A stretch of DNA of 63,759 nucleotides, filler included, from Gonapodya sp. JEL0774 (Eukaryota), in assembly GCA_027604505.1 (NCBI GenBank). It is 32 parts of 32 records of this genome, joined end to end, with 100 filler letters (N's around TTAATTAATTAA, not from the genome) between each part and the next. Parts side by side here need not be neighbours in the genome. Positions count along the whole stretch, not along the records: positions 47,965 to 49,853 come from JADIIX010002487.1; positions 49,954 to 51,841 come from JADIIX010002488.1; positions 51,942 to 53,829 come from JADIIX010002489.1; positions 53,930 to 55,816 come from JADIIX010002490.1; positions 55,917 to 57,802 come from JADIIX010002491.1; positions 57,903 to 59,788 come from JADIIX010002492.1; 26 more parts are not named here. The stretch is one strand, 5' to 3'. How positions within the stretch are numbered: the first letter of the stretch is position 1; the number at the start of each line of letters is the position of its first letter. The notes beneath the pieces were generated by a model. It did not search any database. It saw only the letters and a program-made list of their open reading frames with translations, and had not been told where the DNA came from. Below, in pieces: positions 48,567-59,888 of the stretch. The position numbers and the translations under genes are program-made.

Positions 48567-49853
48567 ATGTCGCAATTTGGAAGCAGGATAATGACAAATC
48601 AGTGGGATGGACTGGTAGGAGTGGTTCTTACAAAACGGGCCTTCGGTCGGACATTTCTCAAATACCCTTCTGTCATTGCAGAGGCGGAACAAAGGGATTT
48701 TTCTTCGGGGCCACGTCCTCCAAATCCCATGCTTGTCCCAACCAACTTCTGGCCTGAGAACGTTCAACCGCAAATCTCTGTTCCACACTTTGACCGTATC
48801 AGTAACGGGTGGCCAGTACCTGATGAGGTCTCTCGTCGGCCGTTATTTGAGGGAGCTAGCCCCGGGCAGATTGTCAACAACCGTGCAAGCCCGGCGTATG
48901 ATGGGAACCATCCACCTTACTTTGAGCCACACGGACGATTCGGGAACGGAAGCACCACGGAAAATATATCCTATAGTGACAGTCTGGCAATGTTTGACCG
49001 ACGTGACTCAGCTCAGGTTTTCCACGGGAACGAGAACGAAGTACCCCATCTTGATCCTTTCACCGAAACACGTTACATGAGCAATTTTCAGGAACAGGGC
49101 AATCTCCATTATGATTCATATCGCCGACTACAAATGCCGTCTCCGGGTGCGCCTTCCGAGACCGATTTCAATGGGTCCTCTTACCTGGAATTGGCCTTTC
49201 AGGCTGCTCAACCAGTAAGCCCAATGAATGCATCTCCCGGAGATGTAGGTATCTTCAATCCGATCGCGCAGCAGCAATGCTACGAAGGCAATCAAAACTT
49301 TCATGGAAGCCATCTCACGAATCAGCAAGTCTACGGCTCGCAACCACCCCATCAAAAGAATACGGCTTCTCAGGACATGCCGCACCTTTCAGGCTACTCG
49401 CAATACATAGACTACCCTCCCCCGCAACTTCCGCTTCCCGGTCTTATGACCGATCAGTTTGAGTGTGGTCAGCCTTTCTCTCTACCTCCGCCGCTCTCGG
49501 TTGACAGTACAAACTGGAACAATCAACAACACCTCGTACCTGATTTTGGTGTTCTCTCTCCTCGGAATTACATCTCGCACAATGGTTTTACACCGAACCA
49601 TTATGATTCAACGACCTTCCGCAATAGCTCTGCACTTCCGTTCTCCAGTCATAATCATCCGAAGTTTCTCACCACACCAGAACCTTCACATGCGCTACCA
49701 GCAACTGATTGGGACTCGTCCAGTACTGAAAGTGAAAAGGGGGAATGCGGACCTCGTGCAGGACGGAACATAAATCATGGCGCACCGACAAAGAAGCAAA
49801 GGAGGCTGAAATTAGTTCTGCCATACAAACAGCCCGGACAGTATGCAAATGAA
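48567..49853 (+). CDS. Hypothetical, largely disordered nuclear protein, 3'-truncated
   Basis: About 430-codon open frame rich in S/P/N/Q/F, with the NLS-like PTKKQRRLK near the contig end. Confidence 0.6.
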
Positions 49854-49953
49854 NNNNNNNNNNNNNNNNNNNNNNNNNNNNNNNNNNNNNNNNNNNNTTA
49901 ATTAATTAANNNNNNNNNNNNNNNNNNNNNNNNNNNNNNNNNNNNNNNNNNNN

Positions 49954-51771
49954 ACTGGAGTTTCACGTTGTACTCAGTCTTGAAGTAGTCTACAACATTG
50001 ATTTTGCGCCCGTCCTTCAACTCGAAACTAACGCGAATCATTATAATGCAGCAATAAAACGAAAGTGTCCCCTCTGTGTATGTGCACCAACTGACCTGTA
50101 TTCCAAAGCGTTCATATCACTTATACCCCTTATCGCTTTTCGCATGACAATGCCTTGCGACTGCCTGTGCGACAGTTCCACTCTCGTATTGCGAATGCGA
50201 GATTCGAGTCGGGCTCGATCCATGTTTCCCAGCTTAGAGTCCTTCCAGTTGGTGTTTCGTGCGACATTGGGAAGCACTTGCTCTACAAACTTCAAAACTG
50301 GCATGTCGCCATAGAAAGTTCTATCGCGACGAAAACGCTTTGATGCGTGATTTGACGTACAAAGCTCGCATGATATGCTCACGTTGCGCTAAGATCGACG
50401 TTGAGCATGAGTTTGCCTCTACCAGGACGACCGCCTTCTGTAGGCCGGACGCTCTGGTAGAATCCACGCCATATGTCAACACCGCCACCAATCGATGATC
50501 TCTGATCAGGAAAATAGAGCGATCTCCCGACCGTGACGAGTTTGATGGCCGGATCGTGACGGAGGAAAATGTCGATGGTGTTGATGAGGTTTTGACTGGG
50601 CACTCGAAAACTTTATAATCGGGCAAAGATATCAATACGACGCAAAACTTCACGTACGGATTCCTCCTGTTAGTGCCGCTGAGAAAGTCCTGGATGTCCC
50701 CGAGTTGCAGGTTGTCTTTGGCCTTCTTCATGACTTTTTGAAGCATGGAGATATTAAGAGATCAACACTTCATACCCGACCTCATGGGTGCACAGAAGAG
50801 CACGTCGGGGTTACTCACGAACTTTGTACACTCCCGCGTTTTCTGGATCATCATTCAGGTTCACCAGTGCTTCGAAGTATGGGTTGGCGAATTCCTTTAC
50901 ACTGTACACGTTCTTGCGGCCATCATATGCAGGAAGCTGGCCGAACAAGTAGGCATGTTGTTGCTGAGTAAAGCGCTCCACCACCGCCCTTGATTGGATC
51001 GATCATTAGTGAATGATATCCCAAAAACAATCGGATCTGTAAGTTGGACTCTGTAACCAATACTCACTTGTTCTTCTTGCTCTGGGTGACTTCTTTGGCC
51101 TTTTCATCTAAAACAGTGACGTCATACTGTAACAGAGGGTCCCGCGGCAAGCACCGACCACGTTCCGAAACGAAGTCGAAAAGTGAGATACGATCCTTTC
51201 GCAGAATAACAAGCCACCATTACGCACGTGATACACAAGAACTTGTGGAACGTCTTGCAGCTGTTCACAAGAACACAGGTCAGCCACACCCCCGAAAGAA
51301 AATCCGATACTTCTCGGATCTGGTTTACATACCGGGAAAAAGTTCGCTACCAAAGACACTGATCTCCCCTCTCTTGCAGGCTCAGGCCTCGAAGGAAATG
51401 TTTGCGGAGTGGTGTAGTTGAATTGTTTCGCCATCATCTCTACCAGATTCTCGATTGGCTGCGGCATAGCGTAGCGTATATTCTCGGTAGACACAGCCAT
51501 GACATCGCCGTAGTCTCCTAGTTGATTGAAGGGAGAGAGGGAGCGGAGGATGGGAGAAGGGGACGATGACGTCAGCCAAGCACAAAAGTCGAACTCTCCC
51601 AACGTTGAGGAATCCGGACTCCTGCAGTTCAAAAGTCTTTCACGTACCGCCACCGCCTCTTCCTCCACCACCTCCTTCGTATCCACCCCCTCGTCCTCCA
51701 CCCCTACTTTTGGCCGGCCCATGACGTGGAACGCCCACCATTCCCCCTCTCGGTGGTCCTCCGCGATCCAT
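49954..51771 (-). CDS. AGO1: Argonaute (RGG leader, N, L1/DUF1785 and PAZ domains), 3'-truncated
   Basis: FPSRP...GRSVSLVANFF, YDVTV, PAYDGRKNVYS, VGRSLY...IGGGVDIWRGFYQSVRP..LMLNVDLSAT, and PAZ INVVDYFKTEYNVKL. Confidence 0.95.
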
Positions 51772-51941
51772 TGCCACTTGTTCCTGGTGTAACTAGGCGT
51801 GATATCGGTGCGAGGCCTATTCTGCACGTTTACGGTGGGGTNNNNNNNNNNNNNNNNNNNNNNNNNNNNNNNNNNNNNNNNNNNNTTAATTAATTAANNN
51901 NNNNNNNNNNNNNNNNNNNNNNNNNNNNNNNNNNNNNNNNN

Positions 51942-52513
51942 TCCCCACCTCCTCCGCCCCCCGTGATCGTCCAGTCCGCCCCTCCTCCTCCCGTGATCGT
52001 CCAAGCCGCGCCACCTCCGCCGGCCGTGGTGTACGTGGAACCCGCGCCGGCTGTGGTGTATGGGGCGCCGGTGGTTGGGGGGGGTGAGTTGGGGTTTTGG
52101 GGGGGTATACCGTGTGTGGCTGGCGTGTGCTCAGCGCAGCTCATGATGGTTTCTTCTCCCCACTCTTCCTCGACACTCCCCACCCACCCTACCCATCCCA
52201 CCCCACACCAACCTCACCCTGTTCACCAAAGTCGGTCTCGGAGTCGGCGTGGGCCTTGGCGCGGGACTCTTGGGAGCGGCCATCATTGTGAGTTGAGAGT
52301 GAACAGCAGTCTTGTGTTTTTGCTGAGAGGGGGCACGGGGCAGTGGACACGGGACACGGGACTCGTGGCTCCTGGCCCGTGGTGGTGGTCGATACGGGTG
52401 GTTTCAAACCCGTTGGCGAAATTGACGCTGATTCTGGTCCCCACCCCCACCCGCACCCCAACCCTCCTAACCCCCGGCCGTTCCACCCCTCGCAGGACGA
52501 TGTGTTCTGGTGA
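51942..52513 (+). CDS. Pro-rich/glycine-zipper protein, C-terminus
   Basis: PPPPVIVQ repeats, exon VGLGVGVGLGAGLLGAAII, and a tentative last exon DDVFW*. Confidence 0.55.
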
Positions 52514-53122
52514 AAAGAAAAGTTGAGCGTTTAGAACACTGGGAGAATGAGTGCTGAAGGTGGATTATTTTTTAATTTTGTTTTTGAATGGTGATAACCC
52601 GTAGAATAGTAGTCGTGTGACTGTGTGTATTGGTATGACTGATTGATGTGACGAGAGGTGAACAACTTGAGGAGTGCTCGACCAGATGCGTCCGCACTTC
52701 ATCCACTCAGTATTCTGACCGACAAAGAAAACAATGAATTATCGTTTTCCCGACCTACTCCAGTCATCAACCAGCTGCAGGCTGACGTCGTATTGATTTG
52801 CTTGGACTCAGCCTGAGCACTAATGGTGAGGACCCCTTTGACTCCTCACAACCCCAGGTCCCCACGATTTCATTTCCACCCACAGCACTCTCTCACTCTC
52901 ACCCTTACACAGTCAGGTACGCGCGATGGGTTTTTGTGTCCTGTGATGGTGGATCGCATTTGCTGATCAACTCCATCAACTCGCACAACTCGCTCGCTCG
53001 ACGCAAAACCCCCCCACGCGGCAAACGTTCGATTCCTTCCGCCCCCTCACGCCCCCCCGTCCCTCCATCCTCCCTCTTTTTCTTGATTCCTTTCCTCCAT
53101 CTCTCTCCCTAAGGTTATTACC

Positions 53123-53669
53123 ATGGATAACCGTCCCCTCCCTCCAGGTGCGTTCGGAACCACTTCCGAATGTCGTCATCCATTACCCCTCTCACTTTCG
53201 TATCCCCACACCGCCCTACACCAAACTTCAATCCACAAAAAATTCACATCAACTCTGGCCACCCATCCAGGTTGGATCTCCCAGTTCGACCACGCGTCCG
53301 GTCGGTGAGTACGCAGTGGAACCGGGGTGCTACGTGCTCCCCCTTAGCAACTTGGCCCATTTCACTCTCCCACACCTCCCCGTCCATCAATCGAATGAAA
53401 ACATTGTTCACGTCCTCGTGTTATCTCTGGTACCGTCGCACCCCACGCTCGGTGCCAACCCACTACCGTGACTTCATCCTACACCGGCTCTGCTCCACGC
53501 TCTCCAGATACTACTTCGGTAAGTCGTCACTCTCTCTTCTCCCTTCTTCCCCCCTTACCACATTCCTCATCCTGACATTACTCGAAACATCGTACACCCG
53601 AACTGACGGCATCCCACGCACATTCCATCGCATTCCCCAGCAAACACCGCCACAGGACAGACCACATGG
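53123..53669 (+). CDS. WW-domain protein (Wwm1-like), first four exons
   Basis: Exons 53123-53147, 53271-53304, 53508-53518 and 53641-53669 splice to MDNRPLPPGWISQFDHASGRYYFANTATGQTTW. Confidence 0.85.
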
Positions 53670-53929
53670 GTAGGTTTCGCTGTCCGCGTCCCACATCCCA
53701 GAAACAGTGAGGGCTTTGAGTGTCGGGGCCGGGGGACCGTGTGAAGTGGGACCGTGGGAAGGATGCAATGGGCGGAAGCGGCAAGATGGAGCATGGAGCA
53801 TGGTTGGTGGTGTATGGTGCATGGAGCATNNNNNNNNNNNNNNNNNNNNNNNNNNNNNNNNNNNNNNNNNNNNTTAATTAATTAANNNNNNNNNNNNNNN
53901 NNNNNNNNNNNNNNNNNNNNNNNNNNNNN

Positions 53930-55816
53930 CGCACCCATAAGAACACAGCCGAAAACCCATTGGAAGCCACCAACATCGTGTTCAACGGAACTCTTTGCGT
54001 GAACGGCGACGGGTAAGCGCAAGCGCTCATGGAGCCTCCAAAATGTAAAATGCTGACGACGACTTACCTCCCCTTTGTCTTTCCATCATTCGTTAGGTAC
54101 GGGATTGTTGTGCGAACCGGGGACAACACCACAATCGGGCAGGTAAGAACAAAAGTCCTTCAAATTGTTCTCGTCATCTTGCATGCTACATTTTATATGG
54201 CTCTGAAATCTATCGCAGATTGCCAAACTGACCTCGACGGAGAAGAAAAAAGAATCGCCCATGTCGGAAGAAATCTCCCGCTTCGTGTACAAAATCGCCT
54301 TTGTCGCGGGTTTATCGGCTTTGGTATTTTTCATTGTGGATAAAGTGTATCTCGGTGCTGGTTGGGGTGAGTGCTCGCAATGATGTTTGGGAAGCATAAG
54401 GACAGTTATGAACGTGTACTAATTTCCCTTTGTACAGGACCATCTGTCAACTTCGCTATCGGCACTTTCACCGCGTGGGTGCCACAAGGTCTTCCGGCTA
54501 CTGTAACTGTTCTGCTTAGCATTGCAGCAAGCCGCATGGCCAAACGTGAGTGAACTCGTGTCGGTATGCTTTTTACGTTAGTTTATATCTACGCCGTGTT
54601 TCATTCAGGCAAGGTGCTGGTCAAAGATCTCCAGGGTGTTGAAACACTCGGCGCAATAACTCTTCTTGCTACCGACAAAACCGGAACTCTCACTCGGAAT
54701 CAAATGACCGTCAGCTACGTCTGGACTGGCCTAACCACGTACATTGCGCAGGCCACAGGCTCGACGGTTGATGATTATCCTGTGATGGACACGACCAAAC
54801 CTGGAATTCTCGATTTCTTGTACACGGCCGCTCTTTGCACGAAGGCGAAGTTTGATCGTAACGATGTCCCCGTCAATCAAAGGTGCGAAGTGATTCTATT
54901 GTCTGCTTTGAATCTTGCTTGAAAGAACTTTTTTCTACAGAGAAGTTTTCGGAGACGCAACGGAAGTCGGTCTCCTCCGTTGTGCAGGATCCCGCTTGCC
55001 TGATGCAGATGATGCACTCGCCAAGTTTCCCAAAGTCTTTGAAGTGCCCTTCAACAGGTATGAACTTTTATTTTTTTCATCCGTATCATTTCAACTGCTT
55101 ACTCCGTTACTTCTGCAGCGAGAACAAATGGGCGCTCACTATACACAAGAAGTCGCATACAACGGGTAGCCTCACTTTATACTTGAAAGGTGCCCCTGAA
55201 CGAGTGCTGAGACTTTGTGACAAGATATTTGATGGAGACTCCGTGAGTTTCACGGGCCGCCAAAAAGCTGTGATTTGCAGAACTTCACGTTTTGTCACCT
55301 TGCTTCACACCTCAGCCCATTCCAATGACCAGCGAACGCAAAGCCACCTTCGAGAGCACTTACAAGTTCATGGCGTCTAAGGGACATAGAGTCTTGGCAT
55401 TTGCTAAATTGGAACTTTCAGAGGCAACATTTCCACCCACGTTCGCTTTTGAACGGGATCCCCCCAACTATCCCAGACAAGGGCTTGTGTTTCAGGGCCT
55501 TGTTTCACTCGAAGACCCTCCGAAGCACGGCGTTCGAGAAGCAATGTAAGCGCCGCTCCTGCCAAGTGGTGAAATGGGCACCATGCACTGACGTGTGTGC
55601 GTTTTCTATTTCAGTGGAAAGTGTCGCGCGGCTGGTGTCCAAGTTATGATGGTGACTGGAGATGTAAGCTTGGCGGATTAGCTTCGTGAAGGAAGACTGG
55701 TTCACTAGCTGTTCCCACCTGTTCATGCAGCATCCGCTCACAGCAGAGGCAATCGGTCGTAAGATCAACCTCATGCTCGGTGAGACCAGAGAGGAAGTAG
55801 CAAAACGGACAGGACG
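53930..55816 (+). CDS. P-type ATPase of type IIC (Na+/K+-ATPase alpha-like), internal fragment
   Basis: NPLEATNIVFNGT, TGDNTTIGQIA, VPQGLP, VETLG...DKTGTLT, GDATE, FEVPFNSENK, KGAPERVL, DPPK, MVTGDHPLTAEAI. Confidence 0.92.
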
Positions 55817-55916
55817 NNNNNNNNNNNNNNNNNNNNNNNNNNNNNNNNNNNNNNNNNNNNTTAATTAATTAANNNNNNNNNNNNNNNNNNNNNNNNNNNN
55901 NNNNNNNNNNNNNNNN

Positions 55917-56208
55917 CGTCACAGGTGATCTGCATATCTTGAATGCCATCAAAACCTGCCTCTGCCCCCTACCAAAACAGCACACAGGCACCCTTCTCTC
56001 TCCCCAACTAATCCTCACATCCACACCACCAGCCTCAAAAACTGGTTTCTCATGAGAAACTGTCCTCTCCCTGACCAAAATGTACAAGGACAACTCTGAC
56101 CAGAAGACCCACTATCAACCACCTGGAGAAGCACTCCTGCAAATTTGGGCTCAAGCCATCCTCAACCCAACCCACATACCTACCACCCTACTTCCAAGCC
56201 TCCCTTAA
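55917..56208 (+). pseudogene. Decayed coding/TE-like remnant
   Basis: A frame of about 95 codons is interrupted by one TGA (TCA TGA GAA, plausibly from CGA). The sequence is almost devoid of CpG. Confidence 0.3.
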
Positions 56209-56441
56209 ACAGCCCCATCACACTACCCATGCTCCGTTCAGCTATGGTGACAAAACCTATACAGGGGTAGAGGGATTCCATCCCATCTCCATACTTCCCG
56301 AATGTCCCATAGGTTACACCTGCGCTGTATGCCACAATCCTGACCATAAGTACATGGCAATGAAAATCTGGAAGATTCACTTCCCAAGGACCTTATGATG
56401 AGAAGTTCTAACAACATAATTATGGTAGTTGGTATTGTCTA

Positions 56442-57802
56442 CTATTGCCCTACAATTGCTTGCAACACTCTCTGTTGCTCTTGAGTAACTTTTGAATACG
56501 ACAATTGGTAAAGCAGTGGGGCGTTGACTTCCATATCTATAGGAGTGCTTTAAGCCTAATGGCCAAAACGCCATGACATGATATACACTCACCATGCAAA
56601 ATAGCAGCATACCTTCCCTTCAAATCAACCTTATCAAGAGGGGTCTCCATGTAGAGATCTTCCTCCAATTCCTCCACTTCCCCAGCATCATCATTTTTGT
56701 GCAAACCCTTAGAAGCCTAAACAAAGCATGAGGGTAAATGAGTACTCCAAAGAGCTTTACTGAAATCATTACCTTCTCTGCCAAATGAGCAAGGTACTCA
56801 TCATCTGAATCTTGGATATCATCATCATCTGAAACATCTGTTTAATGATAAATATGAACAACATCTGGTGTATACGACTAGTTTCAGGTCAGTAATTGCA
56901 CTGACCAGAATAGTCAGAACTGGCAGCATCAAGTTGGGATTCATCTTCTCCTGTCTGTGATGGAGTTTCATCCTCCTCCTCCTCCTCATCCCCATCCATC
57001 AGCCCATTCATTTTCTTCAAGAGATTGCGGTCTATGGTGCAGGTAAAGGACAACAATGAGTGGACCCAGACACTGGAAACCTTGTACATACTGGCAACAG
57101 CTGCTGGTAGTTCCTCAAACAAATGTAAAGCTTTGGGAAGTAGGTCTGCATAGCCTGCTTGAACTGTTGGTGGGAGTTGACTTGGTGGGAGTGAAAGAAG
57201 ACTTGCAATGGTAACCAGGCACAGCTGAATGTCATGCACTCTGAAAAATGGACACATTTGACATCTGAGAGGGGCATCATATTATTGAAAAAGTATCTCA
57301 CCTAGTAAATTGATCAATGTTTGAGAACCAAGCATTAAAGAACTGAGATGTCAAACCTCTCTGTTCCAAAAGTGAAAGTGCAACTGGGGTATTGTAAACA
57401 ATGACATTGCACACAACCTCCACAACTGAGACTTTAAACAGTAAAGTGACTCCTTCCAAGTCAATTTTGGGGAATTCTTCATTGATGAGTTCAATTAGAC
57501 CTGGAATATGCTGAGAGATGGAGGTTGATCCAGTAAGTGCCTGTTGTGACAACATTACTTAGGATTTCTTCATACATCATCCATTTTGCCTTCTCCATGA
57601 AGAAGCATTGTTTCAATGAGTTGTAGGGAGCGAGCCCTATCATCAGCATCTAACGCATCATTCTTGAGAACCTGACATAAAATGGATATCAACTTCGCAC
57701 TACCTCATAAACTCTGGTAGCATACCATCACCTTCTGAATTACAGTGAGCAACCATGCAGCTCTTGATATCCAAAACTCCTCCCCTCCATACTCAATGAA
57801 AT
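56442..57802 (-). CDS. NMD5: Importin-7/8 (Nmd5/Sxm1-like), C-terminal region
   Basis: DRARSLQLIETML, VVEVVCNVIVYN, FFNAWFSNIDQFTR|VHD..L, acidic loops, LEED..METPLDKVD, final helix EQQRVLQAI*. Confidence 0.88.
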
Positions 57803-57902
57803 NNNNNNNNNNNNNNNNNNNNNNNNNNNNNNNNNNNNNNNNNNNNTTAATTAATTAANNNNNNNNNNNNNNNNNNNNNNNNNNNNNNNNNNNNNNNNNN
57901 NN

Positions 57903-59788
57903 GCTTTCTAGCAAACGCACGGTCGATGGGCTTTCGTGGTCCCGAATCGGAATCAGTGATATCCTCCTCGACAGTATCGGTGTCCACCAGGCTTCCACTT
58001 GAGTGTGGTGGTGCTCCAGTTCCGTGGGGAGGAAGAACCATGGGTGGGGGGCCTGGGTCAGGTTGATTGTTGGCGTTCGGAATTGCGGTTTCCACTCGTA
58101 ACTCTTCCCATGTGTCCGCAACCACACCCTGATCTTGCATGGAAGCTTCCATTACCTTACGGAGCACCTCATCATCCTCTTCTTCGTTAGAAGGGATTAT
58201 TGACACAACACCGCTCAGGAGACTAGTACCTTTGAATCCAATTTCCGGACGTGAGCGATAAGACGGATCTGCGATTGAAAACAAGAATGATCAACGACGC
58301 ATTACTTTTAAACATTCCTGTGGACAGAAATCACCCTCAGACTCATCAAATCCTACGTCTTTATCATCAAATGTCAACAGCTCCAGAAGCGGCTTTTTGG
58401 GAAGACGAAGTTCCTGCATGGTTGCATCGTTATCGATTAATTCCACACCATTGAAGAAAAGGCGTTGGTAGATTGGCGTGACATTGAATCGGGCCATCAA
58501 CTTGAGTTTGAAAGGAAAGAGTGATTCGAAAGGTAATGTGTTGTCCAGTAACATCAGAATGTATCCTTCACCTGCACTTTCAAATCTTTTAAAGTGGTTA
58601 GCTTCCCCACTTCCACTTGGTAGATTCCGCGACGCCGGATTCTTTTTGGCGCACCAGCACTGGACAAGTTGGTCGTTGCCGTCATTCCTTCTGTCCCGGC
58701 CACACCGTTTTCAGAAGGATTTTCCTTCAGTGTGAGCTTGTATATAGAGAGCTTTGTCGTCACCCAATCGAGGAGACTAAATCCAGTATAAGTAGATGCG
58801 CGAAGTTACAACGTAAATTACAAACACACCCACCGGTCCATTCGACAATCGTAACAGCATTCAACAGATTGTACAAAAGACTGATCTTTAGTTCCCTTTG
58901 TGCACACACTGATTTCATTGCCAGTGACATCATACCGCTGCTGCAGCTCTCGCCAGTAGTCCTCAGATACGATTTCGAATGTGTCACAGAAACCTTCTAT
59001 CGGAAACTCTTCAGCAACATTAAGGTCATACAAGCACAGATTGTGTTTACACAGAAGGGAATTCACGTCGATTACTTCAGGTTTGTTTTCGGGAAAGGGG
59101 TCGGAGAGGAAGATTCGCCACTGTTCAGTGAATGCTGCATGGGGATGGAACGCATTTCTTTAAAACAGCAAGAGGCGCCTCGCAAGTTGAAGGATAGCCT
59201 TACTCGTCGGGACTAAGAAAAATTGCTTTCGAGGATGGATTCTGGGGAGGGTTGTCGGTCTTTCAAGTATTGCGGAAAGAACTCTCTGAAGGCATGTAAC
59301 TATATTAGCGCACAGAACTTTGCACAGGATTTGTATAAAGCCAGTTCTCACTCGTTCTTCTCGGGCCTTTTCACGTAATGGGGACGTTTCGGCAGCCTGC
59401 CGCTCATCGATGGCTTCACAAGCACCGCATCGTTCGATATCCGTAGAATACAGCTTGAGACCGCGGAGGTTCTTCTGGAGTATCCGATACGCCTGTTCAG
59501 AGAGAATCAACTGTCAGCGTAAGCCTTTTCTCTAAGCTTTCATTAATGGCCGCTGCGCCTCACAGCTAATGAGATTTTGAGCCTGTTGGAGTCATCGGTG
59601 CTGATTGCACCATGCTCGCACAGAACATCACTCAAGAAAGGAGGCTGGCTCGGGTCCGGGTACGGATGTCCCGGTTCTTTGAAGTTCGGTACTTTCTTTT
59701 TGAACTCTGCGGACGAGCAAGTGTTTGCACGAAAATCAAATCGCACCAATATTTAGGAGGACTCACGGTCATACCAAGTCCTTGATAG
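57903..59788 (-). CDS. USP48: Ubiquitin carboxyl-terminal hydrolase 48-like (DUSP repeats, Ubl), C-terminal region
   Basis: DVLCEHG, CGAC, NSLLCKH, VSEDYW..L...Y, CYDC, TTLKDLKVQ|LM..F.V.P..QRL...G.EL.DN.AT, and PEIGFKGTSLL. Confidence 0.85.
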
Positions 59789-59888
59789 NNNNNNNNNNNN
59801 NNNNNNNNNNNNNNNNNNNNNNNNNNNNNNNNTTAATTAATTAANNNNNNNNNNNNNNNNNNNNNNNNNNNNNNNNNNNNNNNNNNNN

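Noticed and set aside
47965..55816. Argonaute plus neighbouring genes as a defence cluster
   Set aside because: The neighbours are on different contigs separated by artificial spacers, so there is no linkage information.
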